The notes under the pieces were generated by a model that saw only the letters and a list, made by a program, of their open reading frames with translations, did no database searches and was not told where the DNA came from. A stretch of 64,000 nt of DNA, from positions 2,912,001 through 2,976,000 of the forward strand of contig OZ220744.1 of NCBI GenBank assembly GCA_965116925.1, in the 5' to 3' direction. Position numbers and translations under genes: made by a program. Each line of letters opens with the position of its first letter. Position 1 is the first letter of the stretch. Positions 39,366-49,158 of this stretch are shown piece by piece. This stretch comes from Candidatus Poribacteria bacterium. GTDB taxonomy: Bacteria; Poribacteria; WGA-4E; PCPOR2b.

Positions 39366-40838
39366 ATGCGTATCGCAACGGGTTGCATCGGTCACGAGAC
39401 AAACACATTTTCATCTGTGCCGACTTCAATTGACGACTTTAAGCGAAGTTACCAAATCGGCGATGAAATCATCTCGACTTTCAGACAGACGAGTACGATC
39501 ACCGGTGGGTTTATCGAGAATTCAGAGAAGTTAGGGATTCAGATTGTCCCGCTCCTATGGACGTTCGCAATGCCCTCTGGCGCGGTCGAGCAACGAGCGT
39601 ACGACACGCTTAAAGGAGAGTTCCTCGACCTCTTGCGAAATACTGGGCAGATTGACGGAGTTTTCCTAGATCTGCACGGAGCAATGGCAACGGAGGAAAT
39701 CGAAGATGCTGAGGGCGATCTGATTCAATCGGTGCGCGAAATTGTCGACTCCCTCCCAATCGTTGTGACGTTAGACCTCCACGCAAACATCACCGTTGAG
39801 ATGGCGGAATACAGTGATACAATTATCGGTTTTGACACCTATCCGCATGTCGATTGCTATGATCGCGGTGTTGAGGCAGCACAGGTGATATTTGATATAG
39901 TTCGGGGAAATATCCGCCCGACAATGGCGTACCGCCAACTGCCGCTGCTAACCTCGCCGCCGGCGCAATGTACGATGAAACCTCTGATGAGCAAAGTGGT
40001 AGAACAGCTTCATGCCCTCGAAACGGAACCGGGTGTGGTAACAGCAACCCTATCAATGGGATTTCCTTTTGCAGATATACGCGATGCCGGGGTATCGGTG
40101 TTGGTGACAACCAACGGCGATCAGCAACTCGCTGAACAACATACAGATAAGTTTACCCAATATATCTGGGACATGCGAGAGGAATTTAACCCAAATCTCG
40201 TTTCCGTTGAGGAAGCAATTGAGATTGCAAATCGGTCAGAAGGGCAGCCCATCGTTCTTGCAGAAGGGGCAGATAACCCCGGTGGTGGCGGCCCCTGCGA
40301 TGGCACGATGATTCTTCGGAAATTTATCGAAGCTGACGTCCAAGATGCAGTTATTGCCATAATCGCTGACCCGGAGTCTGTAGCACTCGCGATCGAAGCA
40401 GGTGTCGGCAATACGGTAGCACTCAATGTCGGCGGAAAAACGATTCCGCTGCACGGCGATCCGGTTGCGTTGACAGGCTATGTGAAAACAATTTCTGACG
40501 GAAAATATGTGAATAAAGGACCGATGGCGCGTGGAGTCCGAAACAGTTTGGGACGAACAGCTGTCGTCAAGGTCGGCGGTGTCGAAATCATTCTAACAGA
40601 ACGCCGTGTTCAACCCATTGACGCTGAAGTGCTTCGTAATGTTGGAATAGAGCCTAGGGATCGGAAACTCATTGCGCTCAAATCGGCTGTTCACTTCCGT
40701 GCAGACTATACACCAATCGCCCATGAGATCTTGGAGGTAGACACCCCCGGCATCCATAGCCCAGATCTCTTCTCCTACGATTATCAGAAAGTCCGCCGCC
40801 CCATCTATCCACTGGAAACAGACATTGATTTTCGATAA
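39366..40838 (+). CDS. M81 family metallopeptidase (MlrC-like)
   Basis: HETNTFS, LDLHGAM, LDLHAN, YPHVD, DNPGGG, KSAVHFRA; start ATG 39366. Confidence 0.92.
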   Translation: MRIATGCIGHETNTFSSVPTSIDDFKRSYQIGDEIISTFRQTSTITGGFIENSEKLGIQIVPLLWTFAMPSGAVEQRAYDTLKGEFLDLLRNTGQIDGVFLDLHGAMATEEIEDAEGDLIQSVREIVDSLPIVVTLDLHANITVEMAEYSDTIIGFDTYPHVDCYDRGVEAAQVIFDIVRGNIRPTMAYRQLPLLTSPPAQCTMKPLMSKVVEQLHALETEPGVVTATLSMGFPFADIRDAGVSVLVTTNGDQQLAEQHTDKFTQYIWDMREEFNPNLVSVEEAIEIANRSEGQPIVLAEGADNPGGGGPCDGTMILRKFIEADVQDAVIAIIADPESVALAIEAGVGNTVALNVGGKTIPLHGDPVALTGYVKTISDGKYVNKGPMARGVRNSLGRTAVVKVGGVEIILTERRVQPIDAEVLRNVGIEPRDRKLIALKSAVHFRADYTPIAHEILEVDTPGIHSPDLFSYDYQKVRRPIYPLETDIDFR

Positions 40839-40888
40839 GCGCGATCTGTAGAAACAATAGACCCGTTTCAAACTCTGGAGACATCACT

Positions 40889-42208
40889 ATGAGAACAGTT
40901 CCACACATTGCACCCATCTGGAGTACCGTTCTTCTCCTTCTGCTCGTTTTGGGAGTTGGTGCAGCGCACACCTCACCCGTTGCAATACTCGGCGCATTTG
41001 ATGAAGAAATCGCAATCCTTGAGGGACAACTTGTAAATCCAAAGGCACATACGATTCAGGGAATACAATTTCTGACAGGGACCCTCAACGAGCAAAACGT
41101 AGTTATCGCAAGAACAGGGGTCGGCAAAGTCAATGCAGCAATGACAGCCACATTGGTCATTGAGCATTTTCGTCCGAATCGAGTCATCTTCACAGGGGTT
41201 GCCGGTGGACTCAATCCAGACCTGCGGATCGGAGATATTGTCATCGCTGAAAAGACAGCACAACACGATTTAGGCAGACTCGAATCAGCCGAGATCGAAA
41301 ACTTTGGTGTCAGGAATCCTATCAATGGAAAACGAAATCCTGTCTTCTTTTTCGCTGATCCCGGACTCTTGCAGACAACAGAAACTGTTCTGGCGGACAT
41401 AAAACTCAGCCCATTGCAAACCCCTCAAGGTCAACGACACCCACGAATCATCACGGGAACAGTTGTAACTGGCGATGTGTTTGTGGCTTCTGATGCTAAA
41501 AAGACAAACTTACACAAAAATCTCGGCGCAGATGCGGTAGAGATGGAAGGTGCAGCAGTTGCCCAAATCTGCTGGCAACACAATGTCCCCTGCTTGGTCA
41601 TACGCAGCCTCAGCGATAATGCCGGTGCAAACGCTTCGGAAGATTTTAAGAAATACTACAAAATCGCTGCGCGCAATTCCGCAGCACTCGTTACTCGTAT
41701 TATCAGCCGACTTCATTCCGAACAATCGTTGCAGCCGGGAGCGAAAATCGACCGTGAACAAATCCAAGAACCCCTTGCATCATCACAGCAAAACGCGCTT
41801 AGTCCCAATGAACAGCGATTTCAAGAGATGCTTTCAGGCGTTACGCTCACTGGCCACTTCACAATCACAGGGGAAAAAGAGTCAAGCACCCTAAGAGAAG
41901 AAAAATATACCATCAAAAAAGTTACCAAACTGAGCGACGATTACTGGCTCTTCTTTACACGCATCCAGTATGGTGGGAGGGATGTAACCGCGCCCTTAAA
42001 ACTTGAGGTTAAATGGGCGGAGGATACCCCCATCATCACATTGACCGATCTGGAACTCCCACAGTTAGGAACCTTTACGGCAAGGGTGATAATCTATCGC
42101 GGGCAATATGCCGGCACGTGGAGCAGCGGCAAACACGGCGGGCATATGTTCGGAACGATAACCAAGAATACGCCCGAATCAGATGATATTGACTCCCAAC
42201 AGGACTAG
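40889..42208 (+). CDS. mtnN: Secreted 5'-methylthioadenosine/SAH nucleosidase fused to an unknown C-terminal domain
   Basis: Signal peptide; GAFDEE, TGVGKVNAA, FTGVAGG, AVEMEGAA, RSLSD; ~150-aa extra C-terminal domain. Confidence 0.8.
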   Translation: MRTVPHIAPIWSTVLLLLLVLGVGAAHTSPVAILGAFDEEIAILEGQLVNPKAHTIQGIQFLTGTLNEQNVVIARTGVGKVNAAMTATLVIEHFRPNRVIFTGVAGGLNPDLRIGDIVIAEKTAQHDLGRLESAEIENFGVRNPINGKRNPVFFFADPGLLQTTETVLADIKLSPLQTPQGQRHPRIITGTVVTGDVFVASDAKKTNLHKNLGADAVEMEGAAVAQICWQHNVPCLVIRSLSDNAGANASEDFKKYYKIAARNSAALVTRIISRLHSEQSLQPGAKIDREQIQEPLASSQQNALSPNEQRFQEMLSGVTLTGHFTITGEKESSTLREEKYTIKKVTKLSDDYWLFFTRIQYGGRDVTAPLKLEVKWAEDTPIITLTDLELPQLGTFTARVIIYRGQYAGTWSSGKHGGHMFGTITKNTPESDDIDSQQD

Positions 42209-42276
42209 CAGCAAATACACGTGGGCTTTATCCGAGTGATACTCGACTTAACCTGATAACATAAGGAAAATCGACA

Positions 42277-42729
42277 GTGCAAATTAAAGGTGATTACACA
42301 ATTTCTGCCCCGCGTGAAAGGGTCTGGGAATATTTCACGACTCCTGAACTTTTGCAGCAATGTATCCCCGGCTGCGAAGAGTTGAAACCGCTTGGCGATG
42401 ATAGTTTCGAGGCAACAATCAAGGTAGGTGTTGCGATGATTAAGGGAGTCTATAAAGGCTCGGTCAAGATCGAAAATAAACAGCCACCTGCAGCCTATCG
42501 CTTAGGCGTTCAGGGCGAAAGCAAGATTGGATTTGTCAACGGAGCGTGTGATTTTACACTAGCAGAAGCAGAGGAAAATCAAACAGCGGTTAGCTTAACT
42601 GGAGAATTAACAGTTGGCGGAAGACTCGCCCGTGTGGGGCAGCGGGTTATGGGTAGTGCTTCCAAGATGATGATCGGCAAATTCTTCAACGAAGTTGAGC
42701 AGTTGGCAAAATCTGAAGCAGGCATTTAA
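42277..42729 (+). CDS. CoxG/SRPBCC family protein
   Basis: APRERVW, LQQCIPGC, VGGRLARVGQR. Confidence 0.85.
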   Translation: MQIKGDYTISAPRERVWEYFTTPELLQQCIPGCEELKPLGDDSFEATIKVGVAMIKGVYKGSVKIENKQPPAAYRLGVQGESKIGFVNGACDFTLAEAEENQTAVSLTGELTVGGRLARVGQRVMGSASKMMIGKFFNEVEQLAKSEAGI

Positions 42730-44171
42730 GGGATTTGATGGATGTAGATGTCAGCGTCCTTGCCCCGGTAATCACTCCAAACGATAAACGCACCGCCTCT
42801 GCCGTTGGCGATTGCACGCGGCGCAATCTGATCTCCATCAGCCGTACATACAGCCACCCCATTGAATGTCCAGATAGATTTACCACTCCCATCAATCCGT
42901 TGAGCATAGATCGCATCTGCAGTAACGTTCCCGTAATCTTCGCGAAAATCTTTCCAGTAGATAATCGCGCCTTGTGAGCCATCGGAAACGAGATGCGGTT
43001 CACGTTGTACACCTGCTGCCACACAGATGGGGATCCCGTTATCCTGCCATATTGGCATTCCGTCCGTGTTAATTCGCTGTGCATAAATATCGGCGAAAAT
43101 ATCACGGTCATCCCACCAAGTAACAATTAACCCACCCTTATCATCGCTGATTCCCTTGGGCTGCTGTTGATTCGACGGGTCATTACAGAAATTGATGCCA
43201 TCCTTTTCCCAGAGTGCCTTTCCATTTGCATCAATTCGTTGGGCGTAAAGGTCTGCGCTGCTGAAAATATTCGGATCGTTGCGATAATCTGACCAGACAA
43301 CAAACGCTCCTCCCGAACCATCGGCGACAACAAACGGACCGCCCTGATTGCCGGGGGCTGTGCATACCGGAACCCCGCCATCTCCCCAAATCTGCTCACC
43401 TGTAGCCCCCATCCGCTGTGCGTAGACATTCCAATCCGGCGTACTAATGTCCCACCATGCGATGATTGTACCCCCAGCAGCGTCCGTCGTCAAGAACGGA
43501 TCGTACTGATCGCCCTCGCCTTTATAGACAGGTACACCGTTGAGTTCCCAGACAGATTTTCCATCGCCATCAATCCGCTGGGCATAGATATCCAAATTGC
43601 CGTGCCGGGAATCTTCCCACACAACTATCGCCCCACCTTGACCGTCCGAAATGGCTTTGACATCTTCTTTCAGGAATGGTACGATGCTCACAGGAACTCC
43701 ATCTTCACCCCAGAGCAACTTCCCGTTTGCATCAATTCGTTGGGCGTAGATATCCCGGTTCCGGTGGCGAGAATCCCCAAAAACAAGGATTGCGCCTTCT
43801 CCTGCGTCGGGAACAAGGAGAGGCCAACTCTGTGCGTTGGGCTGTACGCAGATCGGAATACCATCGTTTTCCCATAACATCTCGCCGCTTGCACTGATCC
43901 GTTGTGCGAACACATCCCGATTGCCATTCCTCACATCGCGCCACGCAACAATAACGCCGCCGTGGTTATCAGAAATTATGTCGGGGAAATGCTGATCCTC
44001 CGCTGCGGTGCAGATTGGCAGATTTTGACTAGTATCCGTTATCCATTCGGCAGGGAGAGACTGAAGGCACACCACCACAAGGAGAAAAGAGAAAACGAGC
44101 AGACGGCACCTCCCTTCCCATTCTTTCATTCTTTCTTTCCTTCCCATTATGAGGAGAGCGTGTAAATCCAA
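42726..44171 (-). CDS. Secreted 8-repeat beta-propeller protein (DIYAQRI repeats)
   Basis: Eight ~55-aa repeats W..GVP(V/I)C.A...Q..P....DG.GG.IV.W.D.R...DIYAQRI; start uncertain. Confidence 0.75.
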   Translation of the reverse strand: MDLHALLIMGRKERMKEWEGRCRLLVFSFLLVVVCLQSLPAEWITDTSQNLPICTAAEDQHFPDIISDNHGGVIVAWRDVRNGNRDVFAQRISASGEMLWENDGIPICVQPNAQSWPLLVPDAGEGAILVFGDSRHRNRDIYAQRIDANGKLLWGEDGVPVSIVPFLKEDVKAISDGQGGAIVVWEDSRHGNLDIYAQRIDGDGKSVWELNGVPVYKGEGDQYDPFLTTDAAGGTIIAWWDISTPDWNVYAQRMGATGEQIWGDGGVPVCTAPGNQGGPFVVADGSGGAFVVWSDYRNDPNIFSSADLYAQRIDANGKALWEKDGINFCNDPSNQQQPKGISDDKGGLIVTWWDDRDIFADIYAQRINTDGMPIWQDNGIPICVAAGVQREPHLVSDGSQGAIIYWKDFREDYGNVTADAIYAQRIDGSGKSIWTFNGVAVCTADGDQIAPRAIANGRGGAFIVWSDYRGKDADIYIHQIP

Positions 44172-44332
44172 GCGGTTTCCCTTTAGTATTTACACATAAT
44201 GATTGGTGGTTGTAAACCGCTATGAGTATGGAGACTGCTGTCGAAACGTGGAGAGGTAGGAGCAAAGAGTATGAGAGCAAGTTTTTCTCTCATCTTCGCT
44301 ATCATGGTTGGATACTTAGAGGGTATACACGC

Positions 44333-45301
44333 TTAGTTTATAGGATCATCAAGGATAATATAGTATTGGGGATTCTGCCATTTATCGTTGGCGCGGACAC
44401 CATAGTGCAAATGAGTACCTGTGCTTCTGCCGCTATTCCCCACATAACCAATAATGTCATAGCGCTTGACCTGTTGTCCAACTTGGAGACCGTCAGCGTG
44501 ATTTCTTAGGTGTCCATATAAAGTTTTCATCTGTGAGGCTTTGTGCTCAATCTGAACCATATTACCAAAAAATGGATCTTTCGCGATTTGCTCTATAACA
44601 CCATTAGCAGTAGCAATCACAGGTGTCCCCCCAGACGTTGCGATATCCAATCCGTTATGAAATTGAAGCTTCCCTGTCAACGGATGTGGGCGGTGCCCGA
44701 AGTCAGAAGAGAACCAATAGCCTGGACTGTCGTCCTCAGGCGACACCAGAATTGGTAGAATCCAAGGTGTTTCATAGTGTTGGTCAGCATCCGCTACTAC
44801 GCGATCATAGATCGGTATAAGTTCCCTTTTTACTTGTGTAATTTGATCGACTAGGGCACCTTTTGCGAACTCTGTATGGGTGGGTGTTGGAGCAGGTTGC
44901 GGCTCTAGAATTGGATTCGTTAATTCATCATCGTTCACCTCTTCGGTGCTGGCACCGCCGCCCCCTCGACCAAGAACACCGGGGCCCGAATCAATACCTA
45001 AATACCTGCGTATCGTTTTGTTCATTTTACGGACATTTTGAAGTTCTTCTTGAATCGCTTGGTGTTCTTGTTTATACTCTCTAACTGCGTTTTCAAGCTC
45101 CTCTCTACTTGCAACTTCACCCTGTAACTCAGCCCTATAACGGATACCGTGTTTTACCCCTGAAACAGCAAAATTGATCGTCAAAGAAAACACCAGTAAG
45201 AAAAAAAGTCCTAGGGATAACGCAAGCCAGCGATTAATCGAGAATTGTCGTACTGAATCTTGATTAGATGACATGAGTAGAATCGTATACGCGTTTTTCA
45301 A
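44333..45301 (-). CDS. M23 family metallopeptidase
   Basis: TM + coiled coil; HNGLD, YGHL, STGTHLHY; TTG start after GGAGGG. Confidence 0.9.
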   Translation of the reverse strand: MKNAYTILLMSSNQDSVRQFSINRWLALSLGLFFLLVFSLTINFAVSGVKHGIRYRAELQGEVASREELENAVREYKQEHQAIQEELQNVRKMNKTIRRYLGIDSGPGVLGRGGGGASTEEVNDDELTNPILEPQPAPTPTHTEFAKGALVDQITQVKRELIPIYDRVVADADQHYETPWILPILVSPEDDSPGYWFSSDFGHRPHPLTGKLQFHNGLDIATSGGTPVIATANGVIEQIAKDPFFGNMVQIEHKASQMKTLYGHLRNHADGLQVGQQVKRYDIIGYVGNSGRSTGTHLHYGVRANDKWQNPQYYIILDDPIN

Positions 45302-45353
45302 TGAACCCTCCCTTTATATTATATGGAATTTGAAGTATGATTGCATTATTATG

Positions 45354-45470
45354 ATGAAGTTTAAGTATTTAAATCGGTAATCCCTATTTTCCTCGAAACA
45401 CACGGTAGGCGCGGTTTTCAACCGCGCCGGCGTCGATAGCAAATTACCGAATTATTTTTTTAATTTTCAT
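45354..45470. repeat. TIR-bounded miniature element carrying a GTAG REP-like hairpin
   Basis: 28-bp imperfect inverted ends (21/28 match by manual count); central GTAGGCGCGGTTTTCAACCGCGCC. Confidence 0.6.
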
Positions 45471-45742
45471 GTGAATAATGATAGTATAGCACAGATATCA
45501 AAGTAACGCAAGCGTATTGTTTATGTTTCTGCACCTTATTTTATTAACTTTATTAAGTAGTGCCTCGGATTTTATTATGCCCTTGCATCGGGATAAAATA
45601 ATCTGGGCTCATAAATGTGACCGGAAGTTACTATCCGGGCGATATATTAACGAAACTTATACAGAAAGCGTTTCATAATTTTCACCCTAATTATAGAATA
45701 TCAATAGCTGAAGTCATTCTGCCTTCGTTTTCAATTCAATTT

Positions 45743-48148
45743 TTATTGACGTAGCGTTCTGAGTTGCCCGCGAATATCTACCTGTACCTTCCAATCTTCC
45801 CAACGCGGTAGCATCCACGGACTGAGTTGTGGCTGCCGGACGCCTCCCGCCCACTTCAGCGTGACTCGCTGTTCTTGAGGCTCATATTGAACTCCAAATT
45901 TCGCACCATTCATTGAGAATGTTTGTGGATAACTTTCATTGATTTTCGCAAACGTTCCCTCGTTAATTAGCGTAAATACAAAATCATCTGGCGATAACAG
46001 CAGCCAATCCTGTGCAGCTTCAACACCTAAGTTGGTGAGATGTGAGACCAACCACCTATGAGGCTCCACTCTAGCAGCGTCTCCTTTTATTGCTAGGTGA
46101 AGATTGTAAGCGTTGATGCGCTCAATCAGATATTCTCCTACCTCTGGAAATAAACGTCCAGAGAGGAGAAAAGTCGCAATCGCCTCTCTGAGCAGTGTGC
46201 CGGTCAGTAATTGACGCTCCTTGCCAATCTCTCGACCAGCGTATACAAAGCGCACCTGCCCGATGATTTCATTTTTAACTAAGGTTGGGGCCTCCAAGTG
46301 AGACCTCCCTAGCCCGGCCTCCTGCAAATCTGCAAAGGTACAAGGGAGAGCAGTCCGTCCCAAGAGTTGAACGCGAGTGCCTTTCGCAAGCCCTTCCTTT
46401 TCGAGAATAAGTGCCGCGTCGGTCTCTGGACGAATCAGTGAATTGGAATCTAGTAGCACTTCATCTCGACCATTTCCCCACGCCTCTCCTTTGCGCCGCC
46501 TCACATAGGCATAGTCTGGCGATTCTTGCAAAAGGTAACGCATGAGTCCAAGTCGATCCGGTTGAATAGGTTCCCGATCTTCACCCAAGGGTGGTGCACC
46601 AAACAGCGAACGAAGTTGGGAGGCAATTCGGCGGCATTCCGCGATAGCTGCGCTATGGAGATGGTGACGTTTTGGGTTGCCCCGCCGTAAAGTCAGAATC
46701 AGTGCTGTGGCATCGCAATGATTACGCATCAAATCTTTGCGCCGTGCCTCGGAGATAACATGAATACCTTCAGGGGAAAGTCGGTCCAATTTCCGCCACA
46801 ACGGCGCAGGACGTTCCAGCGTCGCAATCAGGTCAATCAGATCTCGACGGAGGGCAGCAGGGACCTTAATCAGTAACCGCGCATAAGAAACATCAACAGG
46901 AAGCACGGATAGCCTTCGCCCAAAATTGCTCAAAGTTCCTGTCTGAGAAAGAATACCCCATTTCGCCAGCTGTTCTTGAGCGCGTTCAACGGCAAAAGCC
47001 GGTGGTGCATCAAGAAATTCCAAGTCCTGTGGGCGAAATCCAGTTGCGGAAACTGCGAGCACAAATTGCGCTAGGTCTTCTCGCACGATTTCGGGTGGTG
47101 TTTCCCTTTCAAGTTGCCCCTGTTCTTCCCATAACCGGTAGCACACACCCGGCATGAGTCTCCCTGCCCGTCCGCGTCGCTGTTCGGCGGAAGCCTGCGA
47201 TATAGGACACAATGCTAGCACAACCCGCTGTGCTTGATGAATGCGCTGACGCACCAATCCTGTGTCTACAACTGCTGTTACGCCCGGCAATGTGATGGAG
47301 GTTTCAGCAACATTTGTTGACAGAATCACACGGCGGCGGGTCGTCTCCTCAAAAACCTTATCCTGTTCCACTGTCGGCAGATCGCCGTGTAGTGCCAAAA
47401 TTTCGACTTTTTTGAGATGACGCAAACCATCAAGACATGCAGAAATTTCCCCTTTTCCCGGTAGGAAAACCAGTATGTTCCCATCTGTTTCCCTCAACGC
47501 TCGACGGACTCCCCGTTCTACACGATCCTCCAACCGCCATACTGTCGGAACAGTGACATCGCCAAGATAGCGCAAATCAACCGGATAGGCTTTGCCCTCC
47601 GCGGACAACGATTTTCCGCCGACAAATCGAACAAACTTCTGGGCATCTATCGTCGCGGACATCAGGACGAGCCGGGCATTGGGGTGTTTTTTCCGGCAAA
47701 TCGCTAGAAAGAGATCCGATTCCAGGCCACGCTCATGGAACTCATCAAGTATGATTGTCCCATATTTATCAAGTTCTCCATCCGCCGCATAGCGCAAGGC
47801 AACACCCGGTGTAACAAATCGGATCTGTGTTATCTCAGAGCCTACATCCTCAAACCGCACCGTGTAACCCACTGAAGCTCCTAACGGTTCTCCCCGGAGT
47901 TTCGACAGCCAGCGGGCGAGTGAGCGGCAGGCAACCCGCCGCGGTTCCAAGACTAAGACTGGGCGATCCGACAATTCCGCGCACCAGAGTGGGACCATTG
48001 TGGACTTCCCGCTACCGGTAGGTGCTGTAATGATGAGCGGTTGAGTTGCAAAGGCACTTTGAAACACTGGACGCAATGACGCAATCGGTAGTTCTGTGTT
48101 GTCCAATGGTCTTATATGTTGTGTATTATCTGACACACAATCCATCAA
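45743..48148 (-). CDS. HrpB-like DEAH-box ATP-dependent helicase
   Basis: APTGSGKST, LEPRRVA, DEFHER, MSAT, STNVAETSIT, QRRGRAGR. Confidence 0.88.
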   Translation of the reverse strand: MMDCVSDNTQHIRPLDNTELPIASLRPVFQSAFATQPLIITAPTGSGKSTMVPLWCAELSDRPVLVLEPRRVACRSLARWLSKLRGEPLGASVGYTVRFEDVGSEITQIRFVTPGVALRYAADGELDKYGTIILDEFHERGLESDLFLAICRKKHPNARLVLMSATIDAQKFVRFVGGKSLSAEGKAYPVDLRYLGDVTVPTVWRLEDRVERGVRRALRETDGNILVFLPGKGEISACLDGLRHLKKVEILALHGDLPTVEQDKVFEETTRRRVILSTNVAETSITLPGVTAVVDTGLVRQRIHQAQRVVLALCPISQASAEQRRGRAGRLMPGVCYRLWEEQGQLERETPPEIVREDLAQFVLAVSATGFRPQDLEFLDAPPAFAVERAQEQLAKWGILSQTGTLSNFGRRLSVLPVDVSYARLLIKVPAALRRDLIDLIATLERPAPLWRKLDRLSPEGIHVISEARRKDLMRNHCDATALILTLRRGNPKRHHLHSAAIAECRRIASQLRSLFGAPPLGEDREPIQPDRLGLMRYLLQESPDYAYVRRRKGEAWGNGRDEVLLDSNSLIRPETDAALILEKEGLAKGTRVQLLGRTALPCTFADLQEAGLGRSHLEAPTLVKNEIIGQVRFVYAGREIGKERQLLTGTLLREAIATFLLSGRLFPEVGEYLIERINAYNLHLAIKGDAARVEPHRWLVSHLTNLGVEAAQDWLLLSPDDFVFTLINEGTFAKINESYPQTFSMNGAKFGVQYEPQEQRVTLKWAGGVRQPQLSPWMLPRWEDWKVQVDIRGQLRTLRQ

Positions 48149-48237
48149 TTTATCGACTCACTTTTTTTAAAGACAAGCTATTATCGTACAATTACAGTTT
48201 GCCTGTCAAGGACACACGATTCCCACAATCAGTAATT

Positions 48238-48441
48238 AGGGCTATTTAGTTTTCCATTTTTTGAGCGATTTCGGGGTGACATGAATCCGCAGGCGGCGCA
48301 GCCGGTCTCCCCACCGTTTGTAGTAGCGCAATTCATTGCGCGTTCTTGTGCCAACTGTCGATAGCATCTTTTATCCGTATAATCTGTTAATCCGCGTCTA
48401 TCCGTGATTCAGACAATAATATGGGAGAATTAAATGACCCT
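48238..48441. mobile_element. MITE with 11-bp target-site duplication
   Basis: AATCAGTAATT at 48227-48237 and 48442-48452; imperfect TIRs AGGGCTATTTAGTTTTCC / GGAGAATTAAATGACCCT. Confidence 0.7.
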
Positions 48442-48450
48442 AATCAGTAA

Positions 48451-48479
48451 TTGACATATCTGCCTATTTGTTGTATCAT
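48451..48479 (+). promoter_or_regulatory. Sigma70-type promoter for NUDIX gene
   Basis: TTGACA-N17-TATCAT. Confidence 0.6.
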
Positions 48480-48548
48480 TAGCCTATTGTCACTAGGTTT
48501 CATATCTTATCTTTTCGTCCGACGGACTGCTCGGAGTCGTGCTAAACC

Positions 48549-49085
48549 GTGACCGCTTCCAAAACAGATACTTCTCAGGTGACCAATCAAACAAAATCAG
48601 GGATGCAATTCTGCCCAAAATGTGCAAGCGCTCTTGAAGAGCGAATCCTTGAAGGAAGGGCACGTCAGGCATGCACGACCTGTGATTTCGTTTTCTATCG
48701 CGATCCAAAGCCTGTCGCCGGCGTCCTCGCATTCGAGGACGAAAAACTATTGCTGATACAGCGAGGGAATGAACCGAAATTGGGGCTATGGAGTTTCCCA
48801 ACAGGATATGTCGATATTGGCGATACGCCAGCAGAGACCGCTGTGCGAGAAGCGAAAGAGGAAGCAGATGTTGATGTCGAATTGGATAGGCTGCTAGGGG
48901 TTTACTCCAACGATAACCGGACGGTTGTTCTTATCATTTATGTTGGACGAGTCATCGCAGGAACGCCGGTGGGTCGTGCAGAAGCATTAGATGCACGCCT
49001 CTTTGCCCTCGATGCGCTGCCCGAATTGGCATTTAATCACGACTATCATATTTTAGAAGATCTTCATCGTTCAAATACAGATTGA
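48549..49085 (+). CDS. NUDIX hydrolase with N-terminal zinc ribbon
   Basis: CPKC..CTTC; Nudix box GYVDIGDTPAETAVREAKEEAD; start may be ATG 48603. Confidence 0.88.
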   Translation: MTASKTDTSQVTNQTKSGMQFCPKCASALEERILEGRARQACTTCDFVFYRDPKPVAGVLAFEDEKLLLIQRGNEPKLGLWSFPTGYVDIGDTPAETAVREAKEEADVDVELDRLLGVYSNDNRTVVLIIYVGRVIAGTPVGRAEALDARLFALDALPELAFNHDYHILEDLHRSNTD

Positions 49086-49158
49086 CAAAAGACAGGGATT
49101 CCTATCAACAAAAGAGTATAGGGATCCTCGCCTTCTACTCAGCACAAGGAGAAAAACG

